Source: Oscillospiraceae bacterium | GTDB taxonomy: Bacteria > Bacillota > Clostridia > Oscillospirales > CAG-272 | Length of the DNA stretch: 64,000 nt | Direction of reading: 5' to 3' | Assembly: GCA_015064155.1 (NCBI GenBank) | Contig: SVST01000007.1 | Span: 10,077 to 74,076, forward strand | In this document: positions 1 to 7,785 of the stretch, piece after piece | How positions within the stretch are numbered: position 1 is the stretch's first letter | Layout: every line of letters begins with the position of its first letter | Made by a program: the position numbers and the translations under genes | The notes under the pieces: model-generated | Databases searched by the model: none | What the model was told of the DNA's origin: nothing | What the model saw: the letters and a program-made list of their open reading frames with translations, nothing else

Positions 1-2
1 AC

Positions 3-149
3 GTAAAAAAGGTGAACGGGATTCTTGCCGACTATGACATCGATAAGAGCTACTGGTCGTTACAACAAAACGGCGAAGAGCTTTTTACGGGTGTTGATTC
101 GACTCCCTTGACCGATGGGGCAACTTATGAGTTCGTCTACAAAAAATAA
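3..149 (+). CDS. DUF4430-like (cobalamin-binding-type) protein, 3' end only
   Basis: Manual translation VKKVNGILADYDIDKSYWSLQQNGEELFTGVDSTPLTDGATYEFVYKK*; YW..NG..GVD pattern; overlaps the next ECF S gene. Confidence 0.7.
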   Translation, partial: VKKVNGILADYDIDKSYWSLQQNGEELFTGVDSTPLTDGATYEFVYKK

Positions 150-699
150 ACCCACGGCTCACCGACGCGCTTACAGCTTACGGCATCTCTTTGAGCTGGT
201 TCTGTTTGCCATGCTCGGCAGCCTGATGTTTTGCTCAAAGATCGTGATGGAGGCTTTTCCAAACGTTCACCTGCTCGGAATGTTGACGATGACCTACACG
301 CTGGTTTTTCGCGTCAAGGCGCTGATTCCCATCTACGTCTACGTTTTTTTGAACGGCTTGTATGCAGGCTTTGACCTTTGGTGGATGCCGTATCTGTATA
401 TTTGGACGATCTTGTGGGGGCTTACGATGCTGTTGCCAAAGCGAATGCCGCGCGCTCTTTGCGCGGTGGTGTATCCGCTTTTGTGCGGATTGCACGGCTT
501 TGCATTCGGCATTCTGTATGCACCGGCGCAAGCATTGATGTTCAACTACGATCTTTCCAAAATGTGGGTTTGGATTTTGGCGGGACTTCCGTACGACCTG
601 ATTCACGGTGTTGGAAACGTACTGATGGGGCTCTTTATTTTACCGTTGAGCCAACTGCTTCGCAGTCTTGCAAAGCGTGCGCGCTTGCCCGTGCAGTGA
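127..699 (+). CDS. ECF transporter S component, CbrT-like (putative cobalamin uptake)
   Basis: Hydrophobic 190 aa; PNV motif, GLPYDLIHGVGN C-terminal motif; follows DUF4430 gene. Confidence 0.7.
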   Translation: MSSSTKNKPTAHRRAYSLRHLFELVLFAMLGSLMFCSKIVMEAFPNVHLLGMLTMTYTLVFRVKALIPIYVYVFLNGLYAGFDLWWMPYLYIWTILWGLTMLLPKRMPRALCAVVYPLLCGLHGFAFGILYAPAQALMFNYDLSKMWVWILAGLPYDLIHGVGNVLMGLFILPLSQLLRSLAKRARLPVQ

Positions 700-705
700 A
701 AACGA

Positions 706-737
706 CAGCCCCGTGCAACCCAAATTGCACGGGGCTG
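706..737. terminator. Hairpin terminator between convergent genes
   Basis: CAGCCCCGTGCAA-N6-TTGCACGGGGCTG. Confidence 0.8.
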
Positions 738-740
738 ATT

Positions 741-1418
741 TTACCGAAGTGTGATCAGATATTGCTTATGCTCGCCGCTGATACGGTAGCTTTCCACCGC
801 TTTTTGGATGGCTTTTCGGTGGATCCAAGGCGCGAGCCGTCGGTTTTCCAAATAGGGGATCGCAGTCTCGTATTGCTTGGCAAGCGCGGTGGCAAAGTAC
901 CAAGCGATCATCATGTTGACGTAGTACTCCTCACTTGAAACGGCGGCAACTCTTTGGAGGTATACGGGATCGAATGCTTCCTCCAAAAAATGTACCATCA
1001 GCATTTCGATGCCGAAGCGTACGCTATAAGGGTGCGCGTCGGACAGCCAACGGTCGATTGCCAAGGAGAGCTGTTCCCGATTTTTGCCAAAGCATTTCGG
1101 GCGCAGGGAATCACAGGTTGCCCAGTTGTCAACAAACGGCAGAAACCGTGCAATTTCTTCGAGGCACCGTTCAAAATCGCGCAGCTCGGAGAGCAGATAG
1201 GCATGCAGATTGTTCTCCTCGTAGCAGGTATGCGGCAGCGTGTCGAGAAATTTCGTTTGCTCGGTCGGGGTCATTTCCTTTGCGATTTTTCGCAGACGCG
1301 GTGCGCGGACTCCGAGAATGCTTTGGGGGTCAAGCGTTGGTAACAGCGACACCGAAAAACGGCGGTATTCGGGCTCGGCTTCCCTCAAAAGACGGTCTTG
1401 CAGCGTTTTTGTGTCCAT
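741..1418 (-). CDS. DNA alkylation repair protein (AlkD family)
   Basis: GVRAPRLR, VDNWATCD, EEYYVNMMIAWYFATAL motifs; ATG 1418 with AGGAGAGG RBS. Confidence 0.85.
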   Translation of the reverse strand: MDTKTLQDRLLREAEPEYRRFSVSLLPTLDPQSILGVRAPRLRKIAKEMTPTEQTKFLDTLPHTCYEENNLHAYLLSELRDFERCLEEIARFLPFVDNWATCDSLRPKCFGKNREQLSLAIDRWLSDAHPYSVRFGIEMLMVHFLEEAFDPVYLQRVAAVSSEEYYVNMMIAWYFATALAKQYETAIPYLENRRLAPWIHRKAIQKAVESYRISGEHKQYLITLR

Positions 1419-1497
1419 GTTGTACCTCTCCTTTTTGGTATGGATTGAGTATAACATACCTTTTTTCTTTTTGCAAGGGGTATTTTTGCAAAAAAAC

Positions 1498-1526
1498 TTG
1501 ACACGGTGCGCGTTTTATGCTATACT
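1498..1526 (+). promoter_or_regulatory. sigma-A promoter of mntP
   Basis: TTGACA-17-TATACT. Confidence 0.75.
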
Positions 1527-1557
1527 GTCGCATATTTGCAAAAAAAAAGGAGCTATT

Positions 1558-2142
1558 ATGAAGCTGGATTTCTTTTTCTTTTTTAGTTGCATTTCGATGG
1601 GAGTGGCTCTTGCCATGGATGCTTTTTCGGTGTCGCTTGCGAACGGCTTGAACGAGCCCGGGATGCGCACGCGAAAGATGTGCGCGGTTGCCGGGATTTT
1701 TGGCATTTTCCAGGGCTTGATGCCCTTGCTCGGTTGGCTTTGCTTCCATTTCCTCGTACAGTATTTTGGATTTATGGAAAAATTGATTCCGTGGGTGGCA
1801 TTGGCATTGCTGGGATTTATTGGCGGGAAGATGCTTTATGATGGAATCGCAGGCGAGGAAGAGGAAAACTGTGCTTGCGGTCTTGGATTCGGATCGCTTT
1901 TGGTGCAGGGGATTGCGACCTCTATAGACGCGTTCTCGGTTGGAAGTACGATTTCGGATTACAATTTCTTGGCGGCTGTTCTTGCCGCTGCCATGATTGC
2001 CGTGGTGACCTTTGAAATTTGCTTGACGGGGATCTTTATTGGAAAGAAATCGGGTACCAAGCTCGCAGGGAAAGCGTGTATCCTCGGCGGTGTCATCCTG
2101 ATTGCAATCGGACTTTTGATTTGGATCAAGAGCTTTCTGTAA
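1558..2142 (+). CDS. mntP: Manganese efflux pump MntP
   Basis: ALAMDAFSVS and ATSIDAFSVG duplicated motifs; AAGGAG RBS. Confidence 0.9.
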   Translation: MKLDFFFFFSCISMGVALAMDAFSVSLANGLNEPGMRTRKMCAVAGIFGIFQGLMPLLGWLCFHFLVQYFGFMEKLIPWVALALLGFIGGKMLYDGIAGEEEENCACGLGFGSLLVQGIATSIDAFSVGSTISDYNFLAAVLAAAMIAVVTFEICLTGIFIGKKSGTKLAGKACILGGVILIAIGLLIWIKSFL

Positions 2143-2144
2143 CA

Positions 2145-2180
2145 GAAAAATGAGAGAATCGGTCGATTCTCTCATTTTTC
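2145..2180. terminator. Bidirectional terminator
   Basis: GAAAAATGAGAGAATC-GGTC-GATTCTCTCATTTTTC. Confidence 0.8.
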
Positions 2181-3416
2181 TTGTCCCAAATCAATCATCA
2201 CAAGCTCGGGCGCATTGAAAATGCGGGGAATCCACGTGTGATTCCCAAGACCTCGGCTGACGAAACAGCGGTCTTCGATGACTCCTGCCGTGTGCTTCGG
2301 GAAAATGCCCTGACCGGGTGCGTAGACACCGCGTCCGAAAAAGCGCCATTGACCGCCGTGCGCATGACCGCAAACGGTTAATTCGATATCGGTTTTCGCG
2401 ATATGAGGGACGTAATATTCGGGGTGGTGGCAGAGCAGAATGCGGAATCCCTTTTCGTTTGCAAAGCCGTTCAGGATCTCCTCGTTCGGTTGGTTCAGCT
2501 TTCGGTTGATGCCGGACGTCAAGCCGCATACCGTGACCTCTCCGACGTGAACGCAGGCATTGTCCAAAAGAATCGCCCCCGTGCTTTCGATACGGCTGCG
2601 GACTTCCTCGGACAGCGGCACGGGAACGGGGTGCCGCCAGGGGTTGCCCCTATGATAGCATGCAATTTCGTGATTTCCCAAGGAATAATAGGTGGGCGCG
2701 ATTTCGGCACAGCGTTTCAAAAAATCATACGCCGCGTTTTTGGGGTCGGCAAGGCAGATGTCATCGGAAAGATCACCCGGGATCAGGATCATATCGGGTT
2801 TTTCTTTTTGAAGTGCCGCGATCACCCTTTCATGTACGGCTCCGTGCAGGTCGGCGGCAACCGCCACGCGAAGACGGGGAGCAGGACGGTTTACTTGGCG
2901 GTATGTTACTTTCATGCCGTAGCAGTCGTTTCGCATTTTTTTGGTCAGCAGCAAATACAAAAGGAGGATCACACTGCAAACCACAAACGCGCCCAATACG
3001 TCGATCCCAATGTCGATCCATTGCGCGGCTCGTTCCGAGGAGGCTTTTTGGTGCAGCTCGTCGATGCAAGCATAGGCAAACGTGAGAAGCAGTGATATGA
3101 AATAACGGAGGATCGGAAATCCTCTCCACGTGAGCAGCAGCAAAAGGATCAATCCGCCCAAGGAGCCAAACTCTGCCATGTGCGCCAGATCACGAACGAA
3201 CGGGTGCATTTTTTGGACGACCTTCTCTTGCTCGGCAGGAGGCTTTTGATCGAAATCCTTGATGACGGTTTGCGCGATTTGTTGGGTGACGGTGGTGCTG
3301 GTTTGATGGGATTCTTGCCCACTTTGGGAGGATAGCTTCGAGATGAATCCCACGTTGAGCAGAATCAGCACGAAAAGAATCGCACGCAGAACGTAAAGTA
3401 AAATTTTTTTCTTCAT
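2172..3416 (-). CDS. VanZ-family membrane domain fused to a calcineurin-like metallophosphoesterase
   Basis: N-half: LSSQ, RDLAHMAEF, DELHQ, R..QWIDIGID (VanZ); C-half: DLH, GD, GNHE, HHP, GHAHGGQ, SRGLG. Confidence 0.85.
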   Translation of the reverse strand: MKKKILLYVLRAILFVLILLNVGFISKLSSQSGQESHQTSTTVTQQIAQTVIKDFDQKPPAEQEKVVQKMHPFVRDLAHMAEFGSLGGLILLLLLTWRGFPILRYFISLLLTFAYACIDELHQKASSERAAQWIDIGIDVLGAFVVCSVILLLYLLLTKKMRNDCYGMKVTYRQVNRPAPRLRVAVAADLHGAVHERVIAALQKEKPDMILIPGDLSDDICLADPKNAAYDFLKRCAEIAPTYYSLGNHEIACYHRGNPWRHPVPVPLSEEVRSRIESTGAILLDNACVHVGEVTVCGLTSGINRKLNQPNEEILNGFANEKGFRILLCHHPEYYVPHIAKTDIELTVCGHAHGGQWRFFGRGVYAPGQGIFPKHTAGVIEDRCFVSRGLGNHTWIPRIFNAPELVMIDLGQEK

Positions 3417-3545
3417 ACATCATATTTTGCGGTCGGTTGGAGCACGGCCGCAATCCTTCGTTTTCATCATATCATAAAGTCGGCAAAAAATCAAGAGTTT
3501 TTTTGTCGAACGCCCGAGGAAAGTTATTCGAAAGTTATCCGAGCG

Positions 3546-3968
3546 TTATCCGCAAAAAAGCAGGAGCACCAGCCAAAGTGCAATATCGGAATTTTCCTCG
3601 GTTTGGGAAAGCAAGAGAATCAATCCGAGCAGTAAAAGCTCTTCAAAGCCCAAGCCGTGCCCAAACGGAAATCCGTTTTTGGCGTCTATCGGGCTTCGCA
3701 ATACGGGAGCTTGTTGCAGAACGGGGGCATCGTGCGCTTCTTTTTTCGGTTCTTCTTCTTTTGCAAGTGGCGGCTCGCTCTTTATCTGTTGGCTGCTTTG
3801 AGGAGCGTCTGCTGTTTTCTCGGGTGTCGGCTTTGCAACCTCAACGCGGGGAGCGTTGCTTGAAACCGATGCTTTTTTCGCCTCTCCCGCATCGGAAAAA
3901 GCGCAACCGCTGTAGTTTTTTGGAAGTACAACCGATTTTTGCGGTGTTGTGTGGTAACGTGAGTACAT
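3546..3968 (-). CDS. Hypothetical protein, probably sporulation-associated
   Basis: GGAG RBS; Pro-rich body and hydrophobic C-terminus EELLLLGLILLL..LVLLLFCG; last gene of a 3-gene run. Confidence 0.65.
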   Translation of the reverse strand: MYSRYHTTPQKSVVLPKNYSGCAFSDAGEAKKASVSSNAPRVEVAKPTPEKTADAPQSSQQIKSEPPLAKEEEPKKEAHDAPVLQQAPVLRSPIDAKNGFPFGHGLGFEELLLLGLILLLSQTEENSDIALWLVLLLFCG

Positions 3969-3980
3969 GAGGAATACTCC

Positions 3981-4457
3981 TTATTTCATTTGTTGGAAAA
4001 GCGTTCCTAGCTTTGCGATGCGGAGCATGGTATCAACCGCCTCGCAGCGTCGCGGTGACAGAAAGGGCTTTAAGGAAAGCAAAAGCTGATCGCGGCTATT
4101 GGAAACGGTTGCCGTCGGGGCAGGCGGCATCGGTGAGGCGGCAGACGGAGCCACAGCTTTTTGAGGATCGTTATTTTGCAACGCGGTCTTGGCAATCGGA
4201 CCCAACATAGACATGATCTGCGGTAGCCTCTCCAGCACTGCGGGGTTGGAAAGCAGCGTTGCCAAGCCGTCCTTGGGGGGACTTTCCGTGGGACTTTGCG
4301 GAGCATCGGTTCTTTCTGCCGATGTGTTGCCGGCACTGCCGAGCAGGCTTCCCAGCATTTGCAACAGCTGCGGATTGACGGGAGGCACCTCCCCGTGAGA
4401 GCTGCCTGCTTGGTTCGGGTCGGACGGAATGATCGGAGAATCGGGCATATCGGACAT
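3981..4457 (-). CDS. Hypothetical protein, probably sporulation-associated
   Basis: C-terminal LLLSLKPFLSPRR..VD motif of the type seen in small clostridial proteins. Confidence 0.7.
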   Translation of the reverse strand: MSDMPDSPIIPSDPNQAGSSHGEVPPVNPQLLQMLGSLLGSAGNTSAERTDAPQSPTESPPKDGLATLLSNPAVLERLPQIMSMLGPIAKTALQNNDPQKAVAPSAASPMPPAPTATVSNSRDQLLLSLKPFLSPRRCEAVDTMLRIAKLGTLFQQMK

Positions 4458-4485
4458 ATCGAATACCTGCTACTTTCGTTTGACG

Positions 4486-4716
4486 TTAGTGTGACGGCTT
4501 CTTTTGACGGTAGGTATCATAGATTTGGTTGAGCTGCTCCAGATCTTTCTCGGTGGCTCCGCCCAAAGCCTGCCGTATGCTTTGCACGTTCTGCGGATTG
4601 ATGCCCAAAAGGGCGGGGTCGATGCCCGCATCCTTGGCGATGCTTTGAATGACCGCACCGAGCTGCTCGTCATTCATTTGTAACAAACGGTCTAACTTTT
4701 TTCGGTCGAGTTGCAT
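4486..4716 (-). CDS. Small hypothetical protein
   Basis: AAGGAG RBS before ATG 4716; 76 aa. Confidence 0.65.
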   Translation of the reverse strand: MQLDRKKLDRLLQMNDEQLGAVIQSIAKDAGIDPALLGINPQNVQSIRQALGGATEKDLEQLNQIYDTYRQKKPSH

Positions 4717-4757
4717 GGTATAAGCTCCTTTCATAGCGGCATATTGCCTTCGAAAAC

Positions 4758-4784
4758 AGTGTATGTGGAGTCAATCCGTTCTGT
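4758..4784 (-). promoter_or_regulatory. Putative sigma-K promoter
   Basis: Minus strand AC-N17-CATACACT matches AC-N16/17-CATANNNT. Confidence 0.5.
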
Positions 4785-4927
4785 GTGCGGTTACAAAAGA
4801 TTTGCGGGAAGCTTCAAAAAAATTTGTGCGGACGGTAGACAAAAGTCTTTGTTTGTGCTATACTGTTTAGGAGTCAAATTGTCGCACGCGGAGCAGTCTG
4901 CCCGACGGCGGCAAGGGGGAGGTCTTT

Positions 4928-5425
4928 TTGGAACTGTTGATTTTTTCGGATTCGCACGGCAAGAGGGAGGCAATGCGCGACGTCCTTGCGCGGCAGATCA
5001 GACAGCCTGACGGCGTCATCTTTTTGGGGGACGGTGTGCGCGATGCGGATTCGATAGAGGGGGAGCTCCCTTGGTATACGGTAAGAGGAAATTGCGATCT
5101 GTTCCTCTCCGACCGTCCCGAGGAAATCGTAATGGCTTTGGAGGGACACGTGCTGTTCCTTTCGCACGGACACCGTTACGGTGTTAAGGGTGGTATCGGT
5201 GCCTTGCTTTCGCGTGCGGCAGAGGTGGATGCCGATATCGTGATGTTCGGACACACGCACGTGCCGATGCAACAGGTGATCGATGCGGGAAGTACGATTG
5301 GGGGAACTGTTACAAAGCGTCCGATCTATCTCTTCAATCCCGGAAGCATCGGAGGCTTTGACGGAAGCTTCGGCACTTTGACGTTGAACCGACAGACCGT
5401 GTTTTTTTCGCACGGAACGCGATAA
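4928..5425 (+). CDS. YfcE/MJ0936-family metallophosphoesterase
   Basis: SDSHG, LGD, RGNCD, HGH, FGHTH, NPGS; TTG start after GGAGG. Confidence 0.9.
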   Translation: MELLIFSDSHGKREAMRDVLARQIRQPDGVIFLGDGVRDADSIEGELPWYTVRGNCDLFLSDRPEEIVMALEGHVLFLSHGHRYGVKGGIGALLSRAAEVDADIVMFGHTHVPMQQVIDAGSTIGGTVTKRPIYLFNPGSIGGFDGSFGTLTLNRQTVFFSHGTR

Positions 5426-5428
5426 AAA

Positions 5429-5450
5429 AGAAGCACCCGAGGGTGCTTCT
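5429..5450. terminator. Terminator hairpin
   Basis: AGAAGCACCC-GA-GGGTGCTTCT. Confidence 0.65.
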
Positions 5451-5465
5451 GAAGAGGTGTCATTT

Positions 5466-5777
5466 TTAAATGGGGTCTTCTACTGCTTCGGTTTCGGCAC
5501 TTGCCGCTGCCTCGGCTTCAGCAAGTGCAGCTTCATAAGCGGCAATCACTGCATTTTCAACCATCCCACGGAACTGTGCGTTGATGGGATGTACAATATC
5601 TCGATAGGTTTCGTCCGGGTTCTTTCGGCTGGGCATGACGATGAAAAACTTGTCGCGCGCATTGATGACTTTAATGTCGTGTACTGCAAGCTGACCGTCA
5701 AACGTTACCGAAACGATGGCCTTCATAGGACCCTCTGCTTCAAAAAGCTTTCTGATTTTGATGTCTGTAATCTGCAT
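5466..5777 (-). CDS. spoVG: Septation regulator SpoVG
   Basis: MQITDIKIRK, VHDIKVI, MPSRK, YRDIVHPIN; GGAGGAG RBS. Confidence 0.95.
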   Translation of the reverse strand: MQITDIKIRKLFEAEGPMKAIVSVTFDGQLAVHDIKVINARDKFFIVMPSRKNPDETYRDIVHPINAQFRGMVENAVIAAYEAALAEAEAAASAETEAVEDPI

Positions 5778-5853
5778 AAATGCTCCTCCGTTCCTTTGCA
5801 AGACTTTGTTGATGTATATATTATAAAATTTTTTTGTGACGGTTATTCAATGA

Positions 5854-5880
5854 ATTCAAGATATTTTTGTGAATTTCCGA
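5854..5880 (-). promoter_or_regulatory. Putative sigma-H promoter of spoVG
   Basis: Minus strand GGAAATT-N11-CTTGAAT; spoVG is sigma-H dependent in Bacillus. Confidence 0.6.
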
Positions 5881-6002
5881 GGGCTTGTTTAAAAAAACAG
5901 ACGAAAACGGTCGGATTTTCGCAACAAAATTCAAGTTTGGTTTATACGATTGATGAAACTTCACGATTTGCTTGGTAAATCGGTGGTGATGGGAGGTTCT
6001 GT

Positions 6003-7427
6003 ATGTCGGTTGAAAATACACATTTCGGTCCGGAAGCAATTGCGTGCGCAATGCGTTCTGCCGATAGCATTTTCTTTATCGGAATCGGTGGGATCAGCAT
6101 GGCGGCACTGGCGGAGCTTTCCGTGGCAAAGGGATTGCGAGTCGGCGGCTCGGACCGTCATACGTCCGCGTTGACCGATCGACTGCAAAAAAAAGGCGTT
6201 TGCGTGTTTGAGGGGCACCGCAAGGATCGGGTTGCCGATTACGATGCGGTGGTTTATACGGTTGCCATCGGGGAGGACAATCCCGAATATCTGGAGGCGA
6301 AGCGTTTGAAAAAGCCGCTGTTTTCGCGCGCGGATTATCTGGGGTATTTGATGACCGAATTTGAACGGCGAATCGGCATTTCGGGGATGCACGGCAAGAC
6401 CACGTGCACCGCGATGTGCGCCGATATTTTGCTTGCTGCCGCCGATCCTACCGTGATGTGCGGTGCACAGCTGGCATCCCTTGACGGCTCTCCCTGTCGG
6501 ATCGGAAAGGCACGCTCGCACTTTTTGTTTGAGGCGTGCGAATATATGGATTCGTTTTTGGACTTCAATCCGTCCTTGGCGGTTATTTTGAATATCGGAT
6601 TGGATCACGTCGATTATTTTCACAGCATGGAGCAGATTCGAGCCTCCTTTCTGCGCTTTGCCGAACGCACTGCGAGCGCGAGTGACGGATGCGTCTTGTA
6701 CAATGCCGATGATGCCGAAACCGTCAAGGCACTGGAACCGTTTGGCGGGAAAAAGATCGGTTTTTCAGTGGATGGAAATGCGACCCTTTGCGCGCGAAAC
6801 GTCGTGCAGGACGGCGGACGGATTTCGTTTGATTTTTGTCGGGAGGGCAGTGTGCTGACTCGCTTGGAGCTGCAATCGACGGGGCGGCATAACGTGTACA
6901 ACGCGCTTGCCGCAGCGAGTGCCGCATATCTGTGCGGCATTTCGACAGATGCCATTCAAAAAGGCTTGGCGGCATTCCGAGGTGCCGGCAGACGGATGGA
7001 ACGAAAGGGGACGCTTCCTTGTGGGGCAGTGGTCTACGATGACTACGGACATCATCCCGACGAGATCAAGGCAACGCTGGCGGGGGCTCGGGAGATGGGA
7101 TTTTCGCGCGTGCTGTGCGCTTATCAGCCGCATACCTACAGCCGAACGGCCGGGCTCTTGGAGGAGTTTTCGCGTGCCTTTTCGGATGCCGATCGGGTCT
7201 ATCTTGCCGACGTATACGCCGCGCGTGAGGAGAACGTATACGGGGTGACCTCCGAGGATCTTGCCGCGCGTATCGGAGAAAAGGCGGCTTACTGTGGCTC
7301 TTTGGAACGGCTGTCCGAGGCACTGTTGCACGATGCAAGGAACGGTGATCTTGTGATCGTAATGGGGGCAGGGGATATTTACAAAACCTTTTCTCTGTTG
7401 GGACTTTCGTCCCGCGGCGAAGATTAA
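6003..7427 (+). CDS. murC: UDP-N-acetylmuramate--L-alanine ligase
   Basis: GIGGISM, GMHGKTT, EACEY, DHVDY, DDYGHHP, QPHTYSRT, MGAGDI. Confidence 0.95.
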   Translation: MSVENTHFGPEAIACAMRSADSIFFIGIGGISMAALAELSVAKGLRVGGSDRHTSALTDRLQKKGVCVFEGHRKDRVADYDAVVYTVAIGEDNPEYLEAKRLKKPLFSRADYLGYLMTEFERRIGISGMHGKTTCTAMCADILLAAADPTVMCGAQLASLDGSPCRIGKARSHFLFEACEYMDSFLDFNPSLAVILNIGLDHVDYFHSMEQIRASFLRFAERTASASDGCVLYNADDAETVKALEPFGGKKIGFSVDGNATLCARNVVQDGGRISFDFCREGSVLTRLELQSTGRHNVYNALAAASAAYLCGISTDAIQKGLAAFRGAGRRMERKGTLPCGAVVYDDYGHHPDEIKATLAGAREMGFSRVLCAYQPHTYSRTAGLLEEFSRAFSDADRVYLADVYAAREENVYGVTSEDLAARIGEKAAYCGSLERLSEALLHDARNGDLVIVMGAGDIYKTFSLLGLSSRGED

Positions 7428-7602
7428 ACAAGGGAAATTCGAAAAATACACAGATTTGTCCGACAACGCACAGAACGGGAACTTCTGATTTTGAACCGAG
7501 AGACAAAGGCATCGCTGCGCTTCTTTTTGCCGCAGGCGGTGCCTTCTTTGCGCTTTTCTATAAAATAATTATATTATTTTCTCTTTTTTTGCACTTTGGG
7601 AC

Positions 7603-7631
7603 TTTACAAAAGGCATCTTTTGTGTTACAAT
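7603..7631 (+). promoter_or_regulatory. sigma-A-like promoter of LRR lipoprotein 1
   Basis: TTTACA-17-TACAAT with extended TG. Confidence 0.6.
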
Positions 7632-7785
7632 AAGCATAATGGCATAAGTATGTGCATGCCATGAAAAGCACTTTTGGGAAAACGATCCCCCAAAAATGCG
7701 CCGATATGCACGTACGGCATGATGAAAGCGATGTTGCGGCGTTGTTTTCCGCGCACGCTCTATTCAAGTTTAGGAGGAAGAACAC

